IMG/VR virus record: IMGVR_UViG_3300044614_001923
DNA length: 64,000 bases
Strand: one strand, 5' to 3'
Source of the DNA: a virus
Lineage: Duplodnaviria; Caudoviricetes
Each line of letters opens with the position of its first letter. Position 1 is the first letter of the stretch. Positions 10,463 through 19,300 of this stretch are shown here, piece after piece. The position numbers were made by a program, and so were the translations under genes. Below the pieces are notes generated by a model. The model was given only the letters and a program-made list of their open reading frames with translations, made no database searches and had not been told where the DNA came from.

Positions 10463-10491
10463 ATTTTACCAGTTAAGACATATAAAGTCAA
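10463..10491 (-). promoter_or_regulatory. sigma70-type promoter for gp33-gp59
   Basis: TTGACT-N17-TAAAAT. Confidence 0.65.
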
Positions 10492-11162
10492 GAAACCTGA
10501 TTTGTTTTATCAGAAACAAATTTTTTAATATACTTTGTCAAAAGTCTAATGTGTTTTTCTTTGTCCCGCTCTTCATAAACTTCAACTTCTCCATTTTCAC
10601 ATGCCATAATGATTACAAATTTTTTAACTGAAAGACCAGTTAATTCATGAAGCATACACGCATATGCACAACATTGAACAAAATACCCTTCAATCCAATC
10701 TCTTGGCTTTGGTTGTTTTGATGTTTTGAAATCAATGATTGAAAGTTCCCCATCAAATTCTGCAATACAGTCTACTGTTCCTGCGATTCCTAAGAACTTG
10801 CTATAAAGAGATCCTTCAAGAGCGTGAATATTATTTATACGATTTAAAGCTGGCTTAGCAATTTTAAATAACATCTCAGATAAAGGTTGAACTGTAGGAA
10901 GTTCTTCATTTTTAAGATGATGTTCCACAAGTGTGTGCATATCTGTTCCACGACTTGTTGCTTTTTTTGTAATCTTATCTGCTTCCTCTAGACCAACTCT
11001 TTTTCTCCATTTATTAAAGAATTCTTTTTTATAATTACTTGTGACTGAAGTAATAGAAACAAACTCCAGAGGAGAATTTTCCTCTGGAATCTTATAGTAA
11101 CGAACTCCATCAATCAATACCCTCTCAAGAGAAGGAAGATTCAATTCAATATGATTAAACAT
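10488..11162 (-). CDS. PD-(D/E)XK exonuclease (Cas4/YqaJ-like)
   Basis: SITSVT...W...VG...RGTDMH...GTVDCIAEFDGELSIIDFKTS...YFVQ..AYA. Confidence 0.75.
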   Translation of the reverse strand: MFNHIELNLPSLERVLIDGVRYYKIPEENSPLEFVSITSVTSNYKKEFFNKWRKRVGLEEADKITKKATSRGTDMHTLVEHHLKNEELPTVQPLSEMLFKIAKPALNRINNIHALEGSLYSKFLGIAGTVDCIAEFDGELSIIDFKTSKQPKPRDWIEGYFVQCCAYACMLHELTGLSVKKFVIIMACENGEVEVYEERDKEKHIRLLTKYIKKFVSDKTNQVS

Positions 11163-11917
11163 CAGAATCCCAATTCCATTTTTGTAATAAGATATTCTTT
11201 ACAGATTCCTGAGCGTACAATATCCTCAACGCCAAATTCAATAGTATCAAATGATGGCATGATATTAAGAATTCTCATGAAATCGACAATACCATTCTTC
11301 TCGTTTGTTTTGACTAAATCAGTCTGAGTGGCATCTCCACAGAACATAATTTTAGAATCTTCGCCAACTCGAGTAATAATAGAATCAAGTTCATGAAAGT
11401 TTAGATTCTGAAACTCATCTACAATAATAATAGATTTGTCAAGAGTAGTACCTCTGATAAAAGATGTGCTCCAAAAACTAATAGTACCTTGAGTTTTTAG
11501 ACTACCATAAAGCATCTCAAAAGAAGCATCATCTGGCATATAGAACATATACTTGACCATGTTCTTGTATGGTATCTGATAGATATCAGACTTATCTTCA
11601 TGACTTCCTGGAAGAAATCCAATTTCTCTAGTTGCTACTAAAGATCTTACAATATAGATCTTTTCATATGGACTATTCTCATCTAGTACATCTTGAAGAG
11701 CATTGTAGAGAGTGATAAATGTTTTACCTGTTCCAGCGCACCCATATGCCACAATATTTTTATTGTCTGCATATGATTTAAATAAGGATTCTTGATTGTC
11801 TGTGAGAGGTTCAATATCTCTCATCAACTCAAGATTGATTGGTTTTTTGCGCTTCATTTGTTTTGCTGTCATACCAACCCCAATAGGTTGATCAGAACCT
11901 CTCCTTCTTCTTGCCAT
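11162..11917 (-). CDS. phoH: PhoH-family ATPase
   Basis: Walker A GCAGTGKT, REIGFLPG, FIRGTTLD, IIVDEFQN, DIVRSG. Confidence 0.9.
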   Translation of the reverse strand: MARRRRGSDQPIGVGMTAKQMKRKKPINLELMRDIEPLTDNQESLFKSYADNKNIVAYGCAGTGKTFITLYNALQDVLDENSPYEKIYIVRSLVATREIGFLPGSHEDKSDIYQIPYKNMVKYMFYMPDDASFEMLYGSLKTQGTISFWSTSFIRGTTLDKSIIIVDEFQNLNFHELDSIITRVGEDSKIMFCGDATQTDLVKTNEKNGIVDFMRILNIMPSFDTIEFGVEDIVRSGICKEYLITKMELGF

Positions 11918-11925
11918 ACTTTTTT

Positions 11926-12171
11926 TTAGTTAATTGGTTTTACTTTTGATCCAGGAACTTGAGATGCCTTATGAAGAACATCATTCCAACCAGGATTTTT
12001 CTTAATCAATTTATCTTTCCATTCGCCAATTTCACCAACACTGGCACAACCTTTTGACCAATCTTTGTCCCAATCTGGATTATCTTTTCTCCATTGTTCA
12101 TAGGATGCAACTGTCATTACAAGTTCTTGAGTCTCGCCAGTATTGTTATTGATAACAGGATATGTAGGCAT
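11926..12171 (-). CDS. Conserved cyanophage small protein (FmdB-like N-terminus)
   Basis: MPTYPVINNNTGE...W..VL.K....PGS; usual neighbour of phoH. Confidence 0.5.
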   Translation of the reverse strand: MPTYPVINNNTGETQELVMTVASYEQWRKDNPDWDKDWSKGCASVGEIGEWKDKLIKKNPGWNDVLHKASQVPGSKVKPIN

Positions 12172-12195
12172 AATTTTATATGATGTATGTGCTAT

Positions 12196-12897
12196 TTATT
12201 GAATTATAATGGAGGGAGGATCTACACACTCTGAACAACCATCACGGAACCATCCAAGTGCTTCAGATACTGCTGGAAATTGGCATGTAAAGATACACTT
12301 TGCTTCATTCGCAATATCCATGTGTTCCTTCTGTGTACCGTGTCCAGAACGCAAATCAATGTAATGTATCCATGACCTGACTGAGCCTGTCATGTAGAGT
12401 CTTGTGGGCACTGCTAAGGGCAATACAAACCTTGCACACTCCTTTGCAATTCCATCATTCAACATATCTTGATATAGTTTCATTGCTTCACCAAAATGAT
12501 GCTGCATTAGAATTTGATATTTTTGAATAACATATGGATCTACATCATCAATACTATTCTGGCGATTCTTAGTATCTTGGCGACGTAGTTCGGGAACTGG
12601 AATGCTTCCCAGTAAAGAACTATCAGCATACCGCTGTGAAAATTCTTGATATGTAAATGAACGGTGGCGCAAAATTTGAGCTGCCAGACCACGAGTAGTA
12701 TTAATCTCAAGAGTCATTGTTGCCTGCTCAAAAATACTCCAGTGCTGATGCTGAATGCAATACTTAAGCAGTCCAGAAAATTTTTCATTATCCTGATTAG
12801 CAGGGTTACTTACCCGAGCACAATATGCCATATGTTTTTCTGCATCTGGCGTTACAGAAATAAGTTTAACGCTTTGGTTCATTCTTTTTCCTCCCAA
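12196..12897 (-). CDS. thyX: Flavin-dependent thymidylate synthase
   Basis: HWSIFEQ, QILRHRSFTYQEFSQRY (RHRx7S), ECARFVLP, RSWIHYIDLR..HGTQKEH; likely start at MNQS. Confidence 0.92.
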   Translation of the reverse strand: MGGKRMNQSVKLISVTPDAEKHMAYCARVSNPANQDNEKFSGLLKYCIQHQHWSIFEQATMTLEINTTRGLAAQILRHRSFTYQEFSQRYADSSLLGSIPVPELRRQDTKNRQNSIDDVDPYVIQKYQILMQHHFGEAMKLYQDMLNDGIAKECARFVLPLAVPTRLYMTGSVRSWIHYIDLRSGHGTQKEHMDIANEAKCIFTCQFPAVSEALGWFRDGCSECVDPPSIIIQ

Positions 12898-13067
12898 TAC
12901 TCTCTTTCTTTTTTGCGTAGTTTTTTCAATTCCTTCATCATTTCCTTAATCTCTTGATATGCAACTTCGGGAGACATCTTATCTGACACTTCAAGTCCAA
13001 CAATATATTGAACTTTATCTCCAAACCTAGCAAGTGCTCTTTCAAAAGCAGTTAAATCTTCATACAT
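12879..13067 (-). CDS. Hypothetical protein
   Basis: In tandem with neighbours; FERALARFGDKV..I.GLE pattern. Confidence 0.6.
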   Translation of the reverse strand: MYEDLTAFERALARFGDKVQYIVGLEVSDKMSPEVAYQEIKEMMKELKKLRKKEREYWEEKE

Positions 13068-13234
13068 TAGATTTCCTCAGATGGATCATAATACTCAACA
13101 TCATCATCAACATAGGGAGTAATTTCTTCATACTCATAAAGTGAATCAAGATTAGAACCTTCGAGTTCTTCTTTTAAGGCATTAAGATTTGATTCAATTT
13201 CTTCAATTAGTTCAAATACTTTCTTTGTATTCAT
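13067..13234 (-). CDS. Small acidic hypothetical protein (55 aa)
   Basis: Hand-translated MNTKKVFELIEEIESNLNALKEELEG...PSEEI; follows a sigma70 promoter; TAATG coupling to the next gene. Confidence 0.55.
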   Translation of the reverse strand: MNTKKVFELIEEIESNLNALKEELEGSNLDSLYEYEEITPYVDDDVEYYDPSEEI

Positions 13235-13257
13235 CTTGAATTAAATAGTCCCAATAT

Positions 13258-13296
13258 ATTCTACACAAAAAAAGAGGGGGAGTCAATCCCCCCTCT
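13258..13296 (-). promoter_or_regulatory. Terminator hairpin overlapping a sigma70 promoter
   Basis: AGAGGGGG/CCCCCTCT hairpin plus T-tract; contains TTGACT-N17-TAGAAT (13286-13258). Confidence 0.65.
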
Positions 13297-13389
13297 GATT
13301 TAAATATTTTTTCAAACCATTGCACTAGATGAATACGATTGGTCTATTGTCCTTGTCTGTATCATCATAGTGATAATGGTAATCTTGCA

Positions 13390-13488
13390 TTACTTATTTC
13401 CAATAAGTTGTGCAAGTGATGCCTGGTGACGACGATTCTCCTTTTGTTTCTGCTCTTTGATGAGTTGAAGTACGTTGAGTTTTTTCAT
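13390..13488 (-). CDS. Small basic protein (32 aa)
   Basis: MKKLNVLQLIKEQKQKENRRHQASLAQLIGNK; TGATG coupling to DUF4278. Confidence 0.45.
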   Translation of the reverse strand: MKKLNVLQLIKEQKQKENRRHQASLAQLIGNK

Positions 13489-13625
13489 CACTTATGACCC
13501 TCCTTAGTGTACTTAACTCCGCGATAAACTTCGTTGTACTGTTGAGGTTGCTGCATCATTTGCTGTTGATACTCAAGACGCTTTTGCGTATCGTATTCAA
13601 CACCGCGATATACTACTTTAGACAT
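13488..13625 (-). CDS. DUF4278-family small protein (45 aa)
   Basis: MSKVVYRGVEYDTQKRLEYQQQMMQQPQQYNEVYRGVKYTKEGHK: two YRGVxY motifs; GGAGG RBS; downstream of the riboswitch. Confidence 0.8.
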   Translation of the reverse strand: MSKVVYRGVEYDTQKRLEYQQQMMQQPQQYNEVYRGVKYTKEGHK

Positions 13626-13655
13626 TAGGATTTCCTCCAGAATGAGATGATTAGT

Positions 13656-13752
13656 CCCGTTCCTTCGGGCGGTTTGCGTTTGCTATTTGCAAATAGCAAA
13701 TGAACGTTCCGTTCCGCCGTCCTACTTGCGTCCAGTTTCCTGGATGAACGTA
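13656..13752 (-). ncRNA. Glutamine riboswitch (glnA-type) with a nested extra hairpin
   Basis: P1 CGUUC/GAACG, P2 UCCAG-GAAA-CUGGA, GCAAGUAG junction, P3 GGCGG/CCGCC, GAAG before 3' P1; upstream of DUF4278. Confidence 0.8.
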
Positions 13753-13757
13753 AGGTC

Positions 13758-13786
13758 ATTATAGACCCATTACAATATCTATTCAA
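13758..13786 (-). promoter_or_regulatory. sigma70 promoter of the riboswitch transcript
   Basis: TTGAAT-N17-TATAAT; predicted start site about 13751, coinciding with the aptamer 5' end. Confidence 0.7.
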
Positions 13787-13793
13787 GTAAATT

Positions 13794-13809
13794 TGTAAAT
13801 TACGATACA
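13794..13809. promoter_or_regulatory. NtcA-binding site
   Basis: Perfect TGTA-N8-TACA (TGTAAATTACGATACA) just upstream of the -35 box. Confidence 0.65.
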
Positions 13810-13813
13810 AATA

Positions 13814-14140
13814 TTATCTTTCGATATAACTTAAAGTATGACTCTGAGCATAAAGTTGTTGAATGATAATATCACAACCAATTTTAGGATTGCAATCTCC
13901 ACAAGTATAAACATCCACAGCTGCCTTACCATCCTCAGGCCAGGTGTGGATGCTAATATGACTCTCTGAAAGTAAGCAAAGTACGGTAACACCCTGAGGG
14001 TCAAATTTTTTAGATATTGTTTGTACTACGGTAGCGCCACTTGCTACTGCTGCATTTTCCAGTAGATCTATAAGACAACGTTCATCGTCTAAAAGGACAA
14101 ATGAACATCCGTACAGATTTAACAAGTAGTGCTTTCCCAT
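13814..14140 (-). CDS. speD: S-adenosylmethionine decarboxylase proenzyme family (pyruvoyl)
   Basis: MGKHYLLNLYGC...FDPQGVT..CLLSESHISIHTWPE..KAAVDVYTCG. Confidence 0.85.
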   Translation of the reverse strand: MGKHYLLNLYGCSFVLLDDERCLIDLLENAAVASGATVVQTISKKFDPQGVTVLCLLSESHISIHTWPEDGKAAVDVYTCGDCNPKIGCDIIIQQLYAQSHTLSYIER

Positions 14141-14141
14141 C

Positions 14142-14363
14142 TTACTCTTCTATTTTTTCGTCAGTTGATTGTTGATTTTCTTCATCAGTTTCTTCTAAAA
14201 GTTCAGAAACTATTTTTTCATTTCCTTCCATGACCTTTAATGTGTACATGGGAGACTTCATATATTTTTTAATTTTTTTATACTTTTTTAAAAGTTTTTT
14301 AACTTCATCAGTATAGATAGTAACTTTTGCTTTGCTGCTATCACTTTCAAATCCTTGAGTCAT
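14142..14363 (-). CDS. Hypothetical protein
   Basis: ORF in operon with 4-nt overlap to the upstream gene. Confidence 0.55.
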   Translation of the reverse strand: MTQGFESDSSKAKVTIYTDEVKKLLKKYKKIKKYMKSPMYTLKVMEGNEKIVSELLEETDEENQQSTDEKIEE

Positions 14364-14710
14364 TTTCTTTTCTTTTTATTTGGCGCTTTATATCCCCAAA
14401 GTTTGGGACTTACTCTTCCATAACCAAAGTCAATTTTTTTAATTGCTCCTGGTCCATACTTATCATAATACATATCAAAAATTCGAACCCTTGTTCCCCT
14501 CGTCAAATCAACATGATCAGTTTCTCCGATAGTATACCAAACCAAATATGCATCGTTAGGAAAAGAAGTATCTTTTGCTTTTTCTAGAGTTGTTTTTTCT
14601 AGTAAAATTTCACATCCATAATCTGAGGAAAGAACGTTTTTTTCTTCTTTTCCATATTCTGTCATATTTTTCTCCGTATCTACTGCGGATATCATGAACG
14701 ACCACCCCAA
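14360..14710 (-). CDS. Conserved cyanophage hypothetical protein
   Basis: YGCEILLEKT...FPNDAYLVWY...FDMYYDKYG...IDFGYGRVSPKLWGY. Confidence 0.6.
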   Translation of the reverse strand: MGWSFMISAVDTEKNMTEYGKEEKNVLSSDYGCEILLEKTTLEKAKDTSFPNDAYLVWYTIGETDHVDLTRGTRVRIFDMYYDKYGPGAIKKIDFGYGRVSPKLWGYKAPNKKKRK

Positions 14711-15294
14711 GTGATATCGGGATATGCCTCTTTTACATTATCAATTGATAATTTATATTTATCAGTCAATCGTTTGTCCTTTACAAGACACATAATTTCT
14801 GCTTCAAGGGGATGAAGTCCTTGTAGCATGTTAATAAACATTGTCTCTTTTCGAATCTGAGACAATTCATTATTACCACCATTAACAAAAATATAAAAGT
14901 TTTTACATTCGTTTCTAATGGAAGTCTTGGACGTTTCTTCTACAAATTCTTCTGTGCCATAATATCCATTTGATTTTAATCCAGCATTTTTTGCTTTACT
15001 ATCAATCAAATCAGTTAAGTTTCCACCAACAGATGTTTGACCATCTACATTTGCATAAGGAACTGCGCCCTCAGGAACTGCACTAGTGATACTAGGATCA
15101 AAGTTCCAAATTAAAAGAGTCACAAGACCATCATTTCGGTACTCTTTTAGAATTTCAACTTTCTTTGCATTAGATCTTTGTTTTGAAACAAGATCTAAAA
15201 TCTCGTGTTGAAATGGATTTGGTTGAAGTTTTTGAATAGGAGTTTCAGTCTTCCTCTTCGTCGTCGTCTTCGTTGTACTCATAGTCATTCTCAA
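14692..15294 (-). CDS. Conserved T4-like hypothetical protein
   Basis: EILDLVSKQRSNAKKVEILKEY...WNFDPS...RKETMFINMLQGLHPLEAE. Confidence 0.65.
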   Translation of the reverse strand: MRMTMSTTKTTTKRKTETPIQKLQPNPFQHEILDLVSKQRSNAKKVEILKEYRNDGLVTLLIWNFDPSITSAVPEGAVPYANVDGQTSVGGNLTDLIDSKAKNAGLKSNGYYGTEEFVEETSKTSIRNECKNFYIFVNGGNNELSQIRKETMFINMLQGLHPLEAEIMCLVKDKRLTDKYKLSIDNVKEAYPDITWGGRS

Positions 15295-15475
15295 ATCGTA
15301 CTGCTAAAATTTCATCTGGTATTACATTTCCATTTTCGTCAAACATTTCTGGATGAGTATATGCAACGTAATTTTTTTCATAAAAATGCTGTTTTGCCAT
15401 CCACCCAAACATTCCTCCCACAAAGAAAAACATGATAGAAATTAAAGTGGTAATGGTAAGCGTTACTGCTAACAT
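15245..15475 (-). CDS. Hypothetical membrane protein
   Basis: N-terminal TM helix, HPEMFDENGN motif, acidic tail. Confidence 0.6.
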   Translation of the reverse strand: MLAVTLTITTLISIMFFFVGGMFGWMAKQHFYEKNYVAYTHPEMFDENGNVIPDEILAVRFENDYEYNEDDDEEED

Positions 15476-15497
15476 TTTTAAACCTCCACAAAGAGAG

Positions 15498-15728
15498 TTA
15501 CTTTTTTACAATATTAAAAGAAATTTCAAAATGAAAATGTATCTCCCTTTTGAGGAGAGATATCATCTTACCAAACGCAAGTTGAAACGTTCTCGGCTTT
15601 GATGGTTCCTCCTCCTTATTATATTGACGTAACATTAATTCAAATCCTCTATTGATATGAGGATCTGAACTATTTAGACTGTTTTTTGCGTCTTCCTGGT
15701 CGTTTATCATAGTTGTATCTTTGTGCAT
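15498..15728 (-). CDS. Hypothetical protein
   Basis: INRGFELMLR...KREIHFHFE; operon context. Confidence 0.5.
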   Translation of the reverse strand: MHKDTTMINDQEDAKNSLNSSDPHINRGFELMLRQYNKEEEPSKPRTFQLAFGKMISLLKREIHFHFEISFNIVKK

Positions 15729-16029
15729 CCTCTAAGATACCGTGAAGATAGTCTCTTATTTTTCTTGCTTGTGGTTTTGGAATATGACCATATGCTTCTC
15801 TAAGTTGCTTATGATCATTATCCGCCCCACCTTCAATGTAAGAACTAAGGTCTGTTATAAGACTTGTAATATTTAAAGCTGTTGGACTTACAATAAATTC
15901 CTCAACTTCAATTCTTTTAGTTCCTCTTATCTTGAGATAGTCATAAAATTTTAAAACAAACTGACCATTGAATGCAAAATCAATAGCCTTTTCTACATCA
16001 AAATAGACTTCTCGGATAGTGCTGTTCAT
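15670..16029 (-). CDS. Conserved cyanophage hypothetical protein
   Basis: LREAYGHIPKPQARKIRDYL..ILEDA..Y...KRPGRRKK. Confidence 0.6.
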   Translation of the reverse strand: MNSTIREVYFDVEKAIDFAFNGQFVLKFYDYLKIRGTKRIEVEEFIVSPTALNITSLITDLSSYIEGGADNDHKQLREAYGHIPKPQARKIRDYLHGILEDAQRYNYDKRPGRRKKQSK

Positions 16030-16323
16030 TTAGATAATTTTATTTTCTTGAAGGTACTTGATAGTATCGACACATCCGCCAAGATGTTCTTGATCATTCA
16101 AAATAACCTGAGGAAAAGTAGATCCCTCTCCAAATTCAGCATAAAATTGCTGAGGAGTGAAATCATCATGAAGATCATAAATCTTATGCTCAAGGTCAGA
16201 CAACTCTAGCACCTGAGCAATCTTTTGGCAATAGGGGCATCCTTGCTTAGAATAAACTGTGAATCTCATAAAATTATGTAAAGAAATATACCTATATTTA
16301 GAGTATAGTCTTTTACGCATCAA
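16030..16323 (-). CDS. nrdC: Glutaredoxin
   Basis: YSKQGCPYC, FGEGSTFPQV, LGGCVDT; real start probably at MRFTVYSK. Confidence 0.85.
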   Translation of the reverse strand: MMRKRLYSKYRYISLHNFMRFTVYSKQGCPYCQKIAQVLELSDLEHKIYDLHDDFTPQQFYAEFGEGSTFPQVILNDQEHLGGCVDTIKYLQENKII

Positions 16324-16330
16324 AAGTCAA

Positions 16331-19300
16331 TTATGCTTGACTTTCCTTCCAAGATAATCTTGCTGAAATAGACATTGGGGTATTAACAGTAATACCAGTA
16401 GTGTTTAGTGGCGCAGCAGCAATTGTAAGAACATCTGGACCATTTGGATAAACACCATCTCCACCAAGAATACAATTTCCTAAAGAAAGCAGCGATGAAA
16501 TATCAGCAGTAAAAGCATTTGGAGTTCTTCTTCCAGTCGAATCTGGAGGGTTTCCAGTTGCTCTGAATGAAAATACTTGAGTTCCTCCACTAACAATATC
16601 AAATGAGTTATGAGAAATGACTTGACTTAGACTTGGAATTCCTTGACCTTGCCAAGTAACACTATCAACTTGACCATTTAAGATTAGACGAATTTCAACG
16701 TCATGTGTTGTTAACACTCCCAGAGAATCAAGTGCAAGTTGCATTCTATTAATAATGTCTCTCTCTCCCAATAATCCCGTAATTCCACCATCTACAGAAG
16801 GTGCAAGTCTAAGTGAGATTAATGGAATGACATCAGGAACTGGGATTACACCTCCAAAAGTATGACTAATATTAGATGCAGTTTGGTTTGCAATAAAGTT
16901 TGTAGATGCAGTTGGTCCAGACGGTGCGGAACTAAAGAAGAAATCGACGTATGCTTGTCCCCCTCCCGCAGAAATTATACGATAAACATATGCAGTTCCT
17001 TTTGCTGCAATTGCAGTACTAGTAATTTCTGTACCAAAAGAAACGTTTCCTATACTTGCAAATCCACTAGCGTCAGTCAAGAATCTGTGTATGTATCTTT
17101 CACCAAATCCTGTAACATTTGTTGGCGTTATGGCATATGCAAATGAAGATCTAAATGTATGAGTTCCCGTTCCTGCTGAAGTAAAATCAATATAAGCATT
17201 TGCTTGTGCATTCACAAGTGTAGTTGCAAGTCTAAAGGTATTACCATCTCTTCTTACGACATAATAATAATTTGCACTTGTAAGTCCGCCAATTACAGTT
17301 CCTCCAGTATTAATATACTGAACTAATGCACCAGTACTAAGTCCATGATTGTTTATTGTTACATAATCATTTCCTGGACCAAAAAATACGTTTGAAGTAT
17401 TTCTTGCAGTAAATGTTGTAATTCCAGTAGAAGTAGTACCATCGGCACGTACATAGGTATAATTTCCTGCTGTTCCAATACCAGTTGCTGTAGATCCAGA
17501 GAATGTCAAAAATGGAGCAGAGGCTGTAAACAGATAAGCATCATCATCTTCAAATTTACCGTCCATCTGTACGGTTGTTCCCCAGTGAGCAAGTGATGGT
17601 GCAAAGACTGGAGTTCCAACATTCAAAATCTCATACCTTGCAGGAAGGTTACCAGATCTCATAAATGCTTCATTTTTTTTGTTATTGTGCTTATATTGAT
17701 GTACGTAAATAACTTCACCTTCTTGATCTTTAAATCCAAAACGTATTTTTCCAGCGCCATACCAAGAATAATCCATGTATGCCATCTGTATTCTAGTTAC
17801 ATCAAGAACATAACCAGTTTCTCCAGTTCCATCGCAAGGATCAATAGACCAATTTATTTGTGCCGTTTTAGTATCAACTGTCTTAGATGTAATAACATTG
17901 CTATTCGTTGTTCCTCTGTATGCTGGTTGAACATACAATGTAGTATTATTTGGAATATTAACTATTTTATAACTTTGACCACGTATAACGATTCGGTCTC
18001 CAACTTCCAGTTGTTGTAAAAATCTTGTGCCAGATCCAATTATTTCATTTGAATTATAAGTTACACTAATTGTCCCCCCTAACTGACCTGTACTATCTCT
18101 TCTAACGGCATAAAGTTGGTCTCCATCATATTCATAGAACATTCCATTTTGGAAATCATACATTCCAGCTCTAAGTTTAGATCCTCCCCAACCTTGTACG
18201 ACCAATTGAGGGAATCCCCCAACAATTGATTGTGAAGGAGCGGTATCCATATAGTACTCAAAAGTATTTGAGTCAATAACAGACTTTACAATAAATTGCC
18301 CATTATAAGGATTTGGACCATTTGTAACTTCAGCATCTCTAATAGTAATACTTTGTGATGTAGTCAATCCATGTGGATAACGTGTTACTGCAGTTGCTGT
18401 TGTACTAATACCAGAAATAGTTGAAATATCAAGAGGAGGATTAAAGTTAATAGCGAACTGCGACGCCAAACCTTTACCTGATTGATAACGGAAATATCTA
18501 CGAGTTTGTCTTACAATTTGAGAATCTGCATTAAATCCAGCATTTATTTCAACTCCACCATCAAAAGGTCTATGTACACTAAATGAATTAGACTTCACAT
18601 AAATTGAAGTTGGCTTTAAGAAATATGTATTACTAACTGAAGTAGATGGGAGAGTACCATTGACTTGTATCTTAGTATCACTAAGAACACCATAAACTGT
18701 TCCTTCAAAGACAGTTGTACTACTGACTCCTACAACAATTGGATCTCCAGATTTGAATGATCGATTAAATTTAGTATCAAATCCCTCAACAAGATCAGAA
18801 TCTGCAGTAATTCTAATTGTACCAACACCAATATTTTCTCCATTTAGATTTGAAGAAGTTAAAGTATGTTGTGTACCAGATCCAGTTGAACTAAAAGTAA
18901 TTGCAACTCCAGCAGTAGCATTTGCAAAAGAACTAGCGAGTCTAAGACCATCTTTTGCAATTCTGATAACATAATAAGATGATCCACTAGTAAGTCCGCC
19001 TATATTGCTTCCTCCTCCATTATTATAAAGTACTTGAGTGCCAGTTGAAAGTCTATGCGAAGGAATTTCAATAAAATTATCACCACCGACATATAATTTT
19101 GACTGAGGGTTAAATGTCGCCTCAATCTTTGGTACTGTTATATTGGAGTTTGTAAATCTAAATCCCGTTGTTCCAAGACCAACAGATGATACTGAATAAA
19201 CTCCATCAAATGCGCCTGTGGTGGTAGTAAAAAATGTTTGAATTCCAACTCCAGCACTGGTGATATTAATAGCTGCTGATCCTTGTGTCTCAGATAATCT

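Noticed and set aside
10488-11162. Cas4-like nuclease as evidence of a CRISPR system
   Set aside because: Stand-alone PD-(D/E)XK exonuclease in its usual core position beside phoH and gp33.
13293-13390. Possible frameshifted pseudogene (MQDYHYHYDDTDKDNRP..., second frame RIHLVQWFEKIF)
   Set aside because: It looks like a deletion remnant, but there is no slippery site and I cannot confirm a longer homolog without a search.
13625-13810. 61-aa ORF upstream of DUF4278
   Set aside because: It overlaps the promoter, NtcA box and riboswitch, which explain the sequence better.
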